DNA of 14,232 bases from Prasinococcaceae sp. CCMP 1430 (lineage: Eukaryota > Plantae > Prasinodermophyta). Where the stretch lies: the NCBI GenBank assembly GCA_013416795.1, contig RQSC01000009.1, positions 219,801 to 234,032 on the forward strand, given 5' to 3'. The position numbers and the translations under genes are program-made. The notes under the pieces are model-generated. The model saw nothing but the letters and a program-made list of their open reading frames with translations, had not been told where the DNA came from and did not search any database. Below, in pieces: positions 1-9,102 of the stretch. The number at the start of each line of letters is the position of its first letter. Position 1 is the first letter of the stretch.

Positions 1-1198
1 CCCTGGCCTGCGCGCTGGGCGGGGCCGCGCGCGGCGGCGTTCCAGCCCGGGCGAAGGCCGCCACCGCGTCGTCTTCGAAGCCGGCCACGTACACGCTGGC
101 ACCGTCGTGGCTCACGGCCACGCCCCGCGCGCCGTCCAGCCCCTCGACGCCGCCAACGTTGTTTCTGTGCACCTCAAGGAACGTGAGCCCGCCCGTCGCC
201 GCTGACCGCTCGAACACGGCCAGTGCGCTATCGGTATCGCCAGCCACGTACACGCTCGCACCATCGGGGCTCACGGCCACGCCTCTCGCGCCGCCCAGCC
301 CCTCGACGCCGCCAACGTTGTTTCTGTGCGCCTCAAGGAACGTGAGCTCGCCCGTCGCCGCCGAGCGCTCGAATGCAGCGAGGGCGTCGCCGTACAAGCC
401 GGCCACATACACATTTGCGCCGTCGGGGCTCACCGCGACGCTGCAGGCCCCGACCAGCCCCTCGACGGCGCCAATGCCGTCCCTGTGAACCTCCAGATGC
501 GTGAGCTCGCCCGTCGCCGCCGACCGCCCGAACACCGCAAGGGCATCGCCGAACAAGCTCGCCACGTAGACGCTGGCGCCGTCTGGGCTCACGGCCACGC
601 CTCGCACGCCGTCCAAGCCCTCGACACCGGCAACGCCGTTTCTGTGCACCTCCAGGTACGTGAGCTTGCCCGTCGCCGCTGATCGTGTGAATGCAGCAAG
701 AGCGTCGTCGTCTCTGCCGATGACGTACACGCTGGCTCCGTCCGTCGGGCTCACGGCCACGCCTCTCGCGCCGTCCAGCCCCTCGACGCCGCCAATGCCG
801 TTTCTGTGCGCCTCCAAGAACGAGAGCTCGCCCGTCGTCGCCGACCGCGCAAACACCGAGATCGCGTCGTCACTCAGGCCGGTCACGTACACATTTGCGC
901 CGTCGGGGCTCACCGCGACGCTGCAGGCCCCGCCCAGCCCCTCGACGCCGCCAACGCCGTCCCTGTGCACCTCAACGTACGCAAGCGCGCCGTCGCCTCC
1001 GCGCGCAAACACGGCAACCGCGTCGTCGCTCAGGCCGGCCACGTAGACGCTGGCGCCGTCTGGGCTGACGGCCACGTCTCGTGCACGGTGCAGCCCATCG
1101 ACGCCGCCAACACCGTCCCTGTGCGCGCCGAGGTACAAGAGCGCCGCGGAGTCCGCCGCGGACGCTGCCGCGACGTACGCGAGCGCCACCGCCGCCGC
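1..1198 (-). CDS. Secreted 7-bladed beta-propeller protein (lactonase/YVTN-like repeats); no start codon, runs off the left edge
   Basis: Manual translation of the minus frame missing from the ORF track gives AAAVALAYVAAASAA-DSAALLYLGAHRDGVGGVDGLHRARDVAVSPDGASVYVAGLSDDAVAVFAR..., with seven ~53-aa repeats of consensus HRxGVGGVEGLxGARGVAVSPDGASVYVAGxxxDALAxFxRSAATGELTFLE. The frame is open from an in-frame TGA at 1343-1345 to position 1 with no ATG. The plus ORFs 159..488 and 660..1046 are its S/P/T/A-rich shadows. Confidence 0.85.
50..1135 (-). repeat. Seven coding tandem repeats of 156-162 nt (propeller blades)
   Basis: A CCCTCGAC-type anchor recurs near 140, 300, 459, 618, 780, 939 and 1095 (spacings 159,159,159,162,159,156). 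Confidence 0.9.
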
Positions 1199-4150
1199 AG
1201 TCGCCGCCGCAGTCGCCCCCGAAGTTCGCGCGTAGCCCGTCTTCGATGAGCCCCGACGGCCACAGGTCGCTGCTGGCGCGCAGCGCGGCGGTGCGCGCGG
1301 GTCGCGCCAAGACGGAGGCGGGCGGGCAGCTGCTCGCGTCCTTCACGTCGGGCATGGGCAGCTTCAGCGAGCGCAAGTCCATGTCGATGGCGTCCGTCGG
1401 CGGCAAAGTCCAGCAGGAGGAGGACGACGCGGCCGCGCAGAGCGCCATGCAGGCCGCGCGGCAGCAGCGGCGCGAGGCGCGCTCCTTCTCCGCCGCCTTC
1501 CAGAGCCTCCCCTACGGCGTGCGCGCGGTGCGCGCGGCGACCTTCGCGGCGTGGCTGCTGGCCTTCGTCTTGCTCGCCACCAACACGGCCGCCGCCATCC
1601 TCAGCGGGCGGCTCGAGGCGCGCGCGGAGTGGCGGCGCGCCGACCCTGACGCGCTGCTCGACGACGCCGTGGGGCTCGCGGACGTGCACCTGGGCGTCTT
1701 CATCAACCCCGCGCGCAGCGAGGAACTGTGCGTGGGCGTCGTGTCCGCCGTCGATGCCGAGGGCTTCAACCAGACCTCGCTCGCGGGGGGGGCGGCCTTT
1801 CCCCCCACCGCGAGCGGCGGCGAGGCCGACGCCGACGCCGAGGCCGAGGCCGAGGCCGGCGGCGACAGCGCCCCGGGATACGTCGAGAGGCTCGACGTGG
1901 GCGACCTGGTGATGCTGCACGCCCTCTACACGCTGCAGCGGCCGCTCCCGCGCGGCGTCGACCTCGTGTGGTACGACTTCGCCGGGTGGCCCGAGGGGTC
2001 GGCGCCCATGAACACCACGCGGTGGGTGTGGGCCTCCAAACCCTTCCTTCTGGCCGTGGTCCACAGGTTCTGGGAGCGGCTGACGATCGGCCTGATGCCC
2101 ATCACGCCCCTGCGCGTCGCCGTCGAGCCCTACCAGCTGGCCGCCCTCCCGCGCAACGACGAGGGCACGGACCTGCTCAAGCCGCTCGCGCTGACGCTGT
2201 GCCGCGACCTCGTCGACGACAAGAGCTACATCAAGTACCGCCATCAGACGGGGCAGGTGGTGATCGACTTCGCCGAGTCCAAGGGCCTCTTCGCGACCTA
2301 CGTCGGCACGCCGGACAGCTTCGTCGCCGTGCGGTCGCTCTCCCTCGACAGGGACGGCCGCGGGCGGCTCGAGGAGCTCCGCTGGTACGACGACAGGGCG
2401 ATCCTCGTCTCGTGGGGGCTGCTCTTCGCGCTCGGCGCGGTGGTGGCGGTGTACGGCACGAGGAGGCTCAAGAAGTGGTGGCTGCAGGAGTCCAGGGCGC
2501 TCTTCGCGGCGATGCGCATGCGCCTCACGCAGCTCTCGCAGTTCGGCGCGGTGCGGCTGCCGGGGGGGGACAACCTCATGTACGTCGACCACTCCGCGCT
2601 GCCGCGCCTGCCGTGCTACGAGATGCGCACCACCAGCAGGGGCGCGGACCCCCTCAAGGACGTGCACTACATCGCGCCCATGCCCGAGCTCCAGGCCGTC
2701 GACCATCGGTACGGCCAGAGGTACAAGCAGGGCCTGCTCAAGGAGGGCCACGACTGCGAGTTCGAGAGCAAGGAGCACCTGCGCCTCGCGCGCGTGACGG
2801 AGAGCAGGCGCATGGACCTCCATCGCGCGTGGCAGCCGGTCATGCTGCAGTCGCGACTGGGCGCCCTCGCGCACCTGCACAGCGACTCGGGGCCGCGCTC
2901 GCTCGCGCTCGCGATCGAGGACGCCCTCGCCGGGAACATCTTCCTCCTGAAGCGCATCAGCTCGAGGCGCGCGCGCAGGCTCGCGCACGCGGTGCTGCGC
3001 CCGAACCCCGAGATCATACGGGCGGTCACCATGATTCAGAAGGCGTACCGCACCAAGTCGCAAATCCTGCGCCTCTCCGGCGCGGCGGCGACCCCGCTGC
3101 TCAGCGACCAGCAGCTGGCCAACTTCCGCCGCGCGCGCGTGGAGCGCACCAGGCTGTACGCCCAGATGTACTCGGGCGTGGGCATCACCCCGTGGGCGCA
3201 CCACCGCGCATCCCCGATGCACCTGCTGCTCCACCTGTGCGAGAACATGGTGTCGGCGATGCTGATCAACGCGTTCGGCGCGCGGGCGACGGGCTCGGAC
3301 GCCCAGCGGCGCGACGTGGTGCTGCAGACGTACATCAACGAAACGCTCCCGAAGGTCCAGGAGGCCGCCAAGTCCGCCACCCAGCACAACGTCTCCCTCA
3401 AGCGCGACCTGCTCGACATCACCGACGAGGTGCTCAAAACGAGGCTCTTCGACCGCTGGCTCGAAGCGATGCACCGCTACACGGTGCTCGGGCGCCTCGC
3501 CGCGCCCGTGGAGCGCGCCATTCAGGCCGCGCGCCGCGTGGAGCTCCACTTCCGGCTGCGGCTGGCCCTGCTGGAGTACTTTTCAGGCCTCGAGAAGTAC
3601 TCGGCGGTGCTCGACACCTTGCTGCGCAAGTACATCGGGCGCCTGGTCGCCGTCAGCCGCCCCAGGCGAGTGGCGCTGCTCGGCAACCTCCTCACCGTCA
3701 CCTACGTGATCGAGGAGGTGTACCGCTTCATCGAAGAGCAGAACGAGGAGTGGGACGCGAGCGAACGCAGCTTCGCTCTCGCCGAGATAACGGCCGTGCT
3801 CAGGGAGATGCACCAGAAGCTCGAGCAGGAGGCCATGAAGCGCTCCTCGACCTTCAAGAGCCGCGCCCGGGCGCTGAGCGCGCTCGCCTTGCGCTCTCCG
3901 CGCACCTCATTCAGGGAGACCGCGGAGCTGTCGAGCGGCGGAGGAGGCGGCGCGCGCGCGGCAGGCCTCGCGCACGCGCCGCCGCCGATCGCCCCGCCCG
4001 CTCGCTCGGCGGGGCCCCTCGTCGAATCCCTGGAGGGGTCCTCGACCTTCCAGGATGCCACAGCCCGTCGGTCGACGGTCCGCAACCTGGGCTCGGCGTA
4101 CTCCGCGCCGCCGCTGGCGGCGCCCTCGGCGCCGCCCGCTTCCGCGCGGC
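1189..4150 (+). CDS. Orphan multi-pass membrane protein, N-terminal part (2 TM helices flanking an extracellular domain, then a helical cytoplasmic region with an IQ-like motif)
   Basis: ORF 1081..4752 is protein-like and GC3-rich from about PPPPQSPPQSPPKF (1189) to PPASA (~4146). First ATG is at 1246. TMs: ATFAAWLLAFVLLATNTAAAIL and AILVSWGLLFALGAVVAVYG, with sequons NQT and NTT between them. AVTMIQKAYRTK lies at ~3022-3057. After ~4150 the frame becomes Arg/Gly shadow. Confidence 0.8.
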
Positions 4151-7100
4151 GCGATCGCCGCCGACTTGCAGCCGGGCCGGGCGGGTCGCCTGGCGCAGCG
4201 CCTCGGTGCGGCGCGCAGCGCGGTGGGTGGGGTGCTCGGGGCGGGCGCGGCGGTGGATGCGGCGGCGGACGGAGGGGGTTTTGGCCTCGGGGCGGCGGCG
4301 TCCGAGCTCGCGGGCCGGCTGCCGGGTCGCGTGGCCGAGGCCGCCGGAGTCGATGGAATGGTCCGAGCCATCGGCTCGGCCGAGGGCGCCGGCGCCGGCG
4401 CCGCGTCGTCGGCCCTCGACGCGGCGCGACACGCCGCGGACGGGGTGCGCGACGAGGTGCAGTCGCGGATGGACGTCGTGCGCGACGCCGGTCGGCAGAA
4501 GGTGGAGGAGGCCGCGCAAGGACTGCTTGCCACCGAGGCTGGGGCGCGGGTGCGAGGCCTGGCCGACCACGTCACGGCCGAGGGAGGCGTGCTCGACGGC
4601 GCGCGGGCGATGCAGGCGCAAGTGCTCGCCGGCGAGGGCGGCGGTGGGGTCGGCGGCGGCGGTGGGACGGGCGGCGCCCCCAGCCGGCCCGGCTCTGCCG
4701 AGCCGCTCGAGGAGCCTGGCCGTCCGGACTCGGTCCAGTCGGCAGGGGCTGACGGCAGCCGGCCAGACTCGGTCGAGGCGCCCGACGCTCCGACGGAGGA
4801 AGGCGCGGAGGGCGCCGACGAGGCGGACGCGGAGGACTCCGACGGGGCGGACGCGGAGGGCGCTTCGGGCTCGGATGGGTCCGCGGGCGACATGGACGGT
4901 CTCGGCGACGAGGACGAGTTGGACGACGGCTCGGACGCTTCGGACGCGGGCACGGAGACCGACAGCGACTCCGACGCGGACGCGACGCTCGCCAGCGGCG
5001 CGTTCGGGCTCGACGGCGGCCCCCTCTCCGACGACGACGGCGATGGGGACGGACTCGGTGAGGATGACGACGACGAGGAGGAGGAGGAGGACGCGGACGA
5101 CGGGGGGGACACCGAGGGCGAGCAGGCGCTTGCCGGACTGGCCATGGCGGCGAGCTCGTCGCGGCTGCTGTCGCAGGCCGTCAGCGACTGGCGGTTCGTG
5201 CAGGTGCTGACCACCGCGCTCGCATGCGGCGTCCTGAGCGCGTGCCTGCTGCCCCTCGTCCTGACGAGCTACATGTGCGCCTACGCGCTGGACTCGCTCG
5301 TGTTCGCGGCCCTCCCTCTCTTCGTGGCGACGCTGGCGCTGGTGGCGGGCTGCGTGGAGTTCTTCCGCGCCTGCTACGAGCCCATCTTCGAGGGCGAGAT
5401 CAAGCTGCGGCTCCGCGCCGCCCAGTCGCAGGTCCGGATGATGGAGGCGACGTACCGCGTGCAGCAGCGCGTGCGCGAGCGCGAGCACGAGAAGCGGAAG
5501 GTGCGCGGCAGTGCGCAGGTGCGCGCGGTGCAGCGGCGCATGACGCGCTCGGGCGCCGTCTCGCCGGCGGAGGGGAGCGAGCTCGCCCGCCTGATGGCGC
5601 TCATCAGGGGCTGGAAGGCCTTCAGCGCGGCGGCGAGCCTGCGGCGGCTCAAGTCGGGCAACATCCGCGAGCGCTTGCTCATGCGCGCCGGCTTCGCCGG
5701 CTTCAGGCGCTGGCTCGAGGGGCGGGCGGAGCGCCGCGCGGCGCGGACCGAAGTGCTCTTCCGCCGGATCCGCCTGAAGCGCTCGCTCCTCCGGTGGCGG
5801 CAGTACACGCGGCGCTCGGTGCGTCTGCGCCTCGCGCTGGACCGCTCCAAGCTCTCCAGCCGCGCGCGCGTGTGGACGCTCTGCCTCTGGCTCGGCGCGG
5901 CGGGCTACGCGTGCTTCGTGTACTCGGGCGCGGCGATGTGGCTCATCGTCGCCGCCCTCTCGAACGTGGGCGAGGGCGGCATCCTGTCGGCGGTGTTCCT
6001 GTCGGGCGGCGTGCTCGCCGGGCGCTGGTACATGAAGCGCGACGAGAAGAAGGTCGCGATGCGGGCGGCCATGCGCCAACGCCTGGAGGAGCGCCTCGAC
6101 GCCGCCAAGAAGGACAAGTTCGCCCTGATCGCGGGCAGCAAGCGAGACAAGAAGGCGGCGCTGCAGGCGCTGGTGCCCTCCAAGTGGGTGGGCACGCAGC
6201 TCACGCGGCTGCGCAAGCAGCTGGGCAAGCTCATGCTGGCCATCGCGCAGAGCTGGAAGTCCGTGATGAGCGACAGCGACCTGGCGTACATATACTCGGA
6301 CACGCTGCTGGAGAACCTGCGGTGCCACCTCAACATGTTCCACGCGGCGATCAGCGACGCGCGGCTGGAGCTCATGATGCAGCGCGTGCGGCAGGCGCTG
6401 CTGGACAACTCGCGCCTGCCGGAGAACGAGGCCGAGTGGGACGCCATGGGCTGGGGCGTGATGGTAGGCGAGCAGAGCCCGCTCAAGGCCAAGATGAACA
6501 TCGACGCCATCTGCGAGGGGATCAAGGCCGCCGCCGAGGCGTCGCGCAGGAAACTGCTGGTGCTGCAGTCCAAGGAGAACGCCGCGCGCTTCTTCAACAA
6601 CGTCGACAAGAAGAACGAGATCGTGGCGCGCGCCGAGAGGAGGGTGGCGGCGACCAAGGCCAAGAGGGGCAAGGGGGGGGTCGTGCTGAGGCTGGCGGGC
6701 TTCCTGATGACCATGGGCTTCGTGCTGCTCTCCTTCCAGGCGTTCGCCCCCGACGGCACGGGCGCGATGGTGCTGGCCGCCGTCTCGACGATCATCCTGA
6801 TGCTGCTCTTCCTGAGCGTGGGCATGGGCGGCGCCGGGGGGATGGACGTCGGCGGGGACGTCGGCGGGGACGCCGGGGGGGAAGCCGTCGAGGGCGAGAT
6901 GGACCAGGACATGGAGCAGGAGGACGAGGGGCCGGAGGATGCGGAGGAGGAGGAAGAGGACGACGAGGACGACGACAGCGATGACGAGGATGGAAAGAAG
7001 GGCAAAGGCAAGGGCGGTCGTGACCAGGACGCGGAGGGCGTCGGGGGGCTGCACGCCAAGGTAGACCAGCTGATGGGCGCCGCGGTCGCCTTCGCGAGGC

Positions 7101-7204
7101 GCAAGGGCATGCCGCTGGAGGACCTCGGGTTCGAGGCGGACGTTTTGGACGAGATCGAGGGGAGGCTCTTCCACGGCGGCGACGAGGACCAGGGTGGGGC
7201 AAGC

Positions 7205-7205
<1 letters not shown>
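4150..7205 (+). CDS. Orphan multi-pass membrane protein, C-terminal part (acidic tracts, three TM hairpins, Sfi1-like repeats, coiled coils); 3' end unresolved
   Basis: ORF 4055..7618 is protein-like from AIAADLQ (~4150) to DEDQGG (~7199). Hydrophobic pairs lie at ~5195-5365, ~5870-6030 and ~6680-6820, and D/E-rich tracts at ~4790-5120 and ~6890-6990. The tail beyond ~7345 reads through the opposite-strand intron (HARTYTHARAH) and is not credible. Confidence 0.8.

Positions 7206-7242
<37 letters not shown>
7206..7242. repeat. (CTG/CAG)12 trinucleotide microsatellite
   Basis: Direct read: ctgctgctg... from 7206 to 7242. Confidence 0.97.
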
Positions 7243-7243
<1 letters not shown>

Positions 7244-7344
7244 GCTGCTCCGCCGGTGGCGGCGGCGGCGGCGGTGCCCCCGATCGCGGCGCTGCTCGCC
7301 GCGGACGGCGCGGCCGGCGGCGGCCTCGGCGGGCGGGACGCCAT

Positions 7345-7495
7345 CTGCGGGGCGGGTGGTGGGTGTCAGCAGCATGCACGCACGTACACGCATGCGCGAG
7401 CCCATGCGCACGCGCGCGCGCATCCGCCCGCACATCTACTCGCTCACACGCACGCTCGCACGCTCGCACGCACGCCTGCGAGCGCAGGAGCGCAC
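7345..7495 (-). other. Spliceosomal intron (151 nt with the best donor)
   Basis: Minus strand: GAAG|GTGCGC donor at 7495, (GCGT/GCGA)-rich body, GCTGAC branch site at 7365-7370, C-rich tract, CCGCAG| acceptor at 7345. The signals match the intron at 13950-14142. Alternative donors exist at 7475 and 7473. Confidence 0.75.
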
Positions 7496-7889
7496 CTTCA
7501 TCGTCCCGCCCGTACGCGACCACGCACGCAACTGCGGCGCGCTCGGTTGCCTCGACGACGTCGGGGTCCAGCGTGGACAGCTCGTCGCCACCTGGATAGG
7601 CGTCCGCCTCGTCGGTAGCCCCGCTCGTCGCACCACCGCCGCTCAGCGCGCGTGCGGGCGCGCCCCGCCGCGCGCGCGGGGGGACGCGCGCGGTGACGCG
7701 AGGCTCGGGCTGGCGCGCGCGCGTGCGCGCCCAGCTGGCCGTCAGGGTGCTCGCCGGGCGGCCCGGCGCGGACGTGGCCGCCGCCAAGGCGGGCCTGCGA
7801 TGGGCGTCGTCCCGGCGGTCGAGCAGTTTCTCCAGCGCCGGGGGGGGCGGGGGGGAGCAGGGGCCGTAATTGATGAGCGTTCGTCGCAT
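7496..7889 (-). CDS. Exon 1 of a hypothetical protein (5' gene fragment); continues after the intron at 7344 and collides with the plus-strand gene
   Basis: Part of ORF 6792..7940. The only in-frame ATG is at 7889. The segment DEADAYPGGDELSTLDPDVVEATERAAVACVVAYGRDDE is protein-like and GC3-rich and ends at a splice donor. The upstream part is low-complexity and less certain. Confidence 0.55.
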
Positions 7890-8045
7890 TGAATTGGCGC
7901 GACGGCACGAGCGGAGCGTGCGCGGCGAGCGCGTCTCCAATCATCGATGGACCGTTACTGGAGGTAGGCTGCGGTAATGGGTGGGATGTCCCCCTAGCCA
8001 GCCCGCGCGCGCCACGGATCGCGATTGACGTCTCCCTCGTGCTAG
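7890..8045. other. Short lower-GC intergenic spacer (the only clear intergenic DNA in the window)
   Basis: Visibly more A/T-rich than its flanks; lies between the TAG at 8046-8048 and the ATG at 7889. Confidence 0.55.
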
Positions 8046-9101
8046 CTACGCCGTGCCTACCTTATTATTGCCCGCGCTTCTCGCCGCGAGCGAGCTCCTG
8101 AGCTTGGACAGCTTGCCACGCGCCGCGCGCCGCACCTCCGCGCCATGCGTGAGCACCGCCGACAGCGCAGGCATCGCGAACACCATGCCCGAGGTGACCA
8201 CCAGCAGGGCGCCGATCACCCGCCGGTCGTTCGTGCCGCCGACGGTCTCCACCTTGACCAGCAGGCCGGCGAAGAGGATCAGCGAGATCTCGACGAGCGC
8301 CGTCTGTGCGGAGAAGTCCACCGCATCGTCTGCGTATGGGCTGAACGCAACGTTAGCTACGAGGAAGACGCAGGCGACGAGAAGCCCGACGGCGACCTGG
8401 CCGCTCCCGCCGGCGTCGACGAAGACCAGCGCGCCGGTGAGCACAAACTTGCGAATCATCTCCACCAGCTCCCAGTACCAGCATCGGGTGTGGTAGGAGG
8501 CGAAGAGCTGGCCGCAGTGGCGAATCGCGAGCGCCTCGTCCGAGTCGAGCGGCCCCGTGGTGCCGTCGGCGGGGCGGTCCTCCTTCGAGCCGCCAGCTGG
8601 CCCGTCGGCCGACTCGGCCGCAGCGCCCCTCGCGCTGGCGCTCGAGCTGGCGCCGAAGCAGAGCTCGCCGATCGGGGCGTGCGCAGCCGCCCACGCGACG
8701 AGCGCCTCGCGCGCCGCGCCGTCGTCGTCGGCGAAGGAGGCCGCTCGCGATGCCTTCCCCGACCGTGGCGACGCGGGGGTGTCACCGCCGGGCCGCTCGG
8801 CATCCTTCGACGCGTCGCCGGCGAGCGTTTGCGCGAGCCTTGTCCCGACGAGCACCTCGCCCTCGAAGAGCTGCTCGAGGGTGGCGCGCTCGCGCAGAAG
8901 GCGGCGCATCTCCATGCCGAGCACGGCGTCCACCTCGTCGGCGTCCTCGTTGAGCGCGATGCCCACCAGAAGGGCGTTGCGCGCCACGGCACGGCTGTGG
9001 TGCCGGGCGGCGATGGCGCGCACGCCGTGGCGAAGCATGATCAGCCAGAAGAAGAGCGGGATGCCCACGACGTAGAGCGCAATGCCGATGGACGCAATCA
9101 C
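8046..9101 (-). CDS. Receptor C-terminal multi-TM domain (protist/algal Cys-rich receptor family, TRP-C/GPCR-related-like)
   Basis: Family-typical motifs: IALYVVGIPL, LFASY..CWYWELVEMIRKFVLTG.LVFV, Q..VGLL...FL......PY, and SLILFAGLLVK. Confidence 0.85.
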   Translation of the reverse strand: MIASIGIALYVVGIPLFFWLIMLRHGVRAIAARHHSRAVARNALLVGIALNEDADEVDAVLGMEMRRLLRERATLEQLFEGEVLVGTRLAQTLAGDASKDAERPGGDTPASPRSGKASRAASFADDDGAAREALVAWAAAHAPIGELCFGASSSASARGAAAESADGPAGGSKEDRPADGTTGPLDSDEALAIRHCGQLFASYHTRCWYWELVEMIRKFVLTGALVFVDAGGSGQVAVGLLVACVFLVANVAFSPYADDAVDFSAQTALVEISLILFAGLLVKVETVGGTNDRRVIGALLVVTSGMVFAMPALSAVLTHGAEVRRAARGKLSKLRSSLAARSAGNNKVGTA

Positions 9102-9102
9102 C

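Noticed and set aside
3517-3555. Second IQ-like string (AIQAARRVELHFR)
   Set aside because: Poor match to the IQ consensus; likely chance in a helical region.
1187-7276. Transposon or Helitron carrying the plus-strand block
   Set aside because: No transposase or helicase, no convincing terminal inverted repeats, and no target-site duplication beyond short low-complexity matches.
1030-7435. Very long overlapping ORFs (1030..3549 -, 1728..5210 +, 3907..5214 -, most of 3911..7435 -, 5224..6984 +, 5905..7344 -)
   Set aside because: Arg/Pro/Ala- or Ser/Pro/Thr/Ala-rich shadows expected from extreme GC3 bias; no domain-like content.
7355-7488. Plus-strand intron ending at GCGCAG 7488 that would rescue the plus gene's 3' end
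   Set aside because: No donor matching GTGCG, and the downstream plus reading is the codon-aligned shadow of the better minus-strand exon; minus-strand splice signals are much stronger. Not fully excluded without cDNA.
7840-7864. G-run cluster (possible G-quadruplex)
   Set aside because: Explained by poly-Pro codons or low complexity, and unremarkable at this GC content.
8050-8063. AAG|GTAGGC as a donor extending the receptor into the 7889 fragment
   Set aside because: An in-frame TAG follows four codons later, the TM domain is already complete, and no clear branch/acceptor pair was established. Possible but unsupported.
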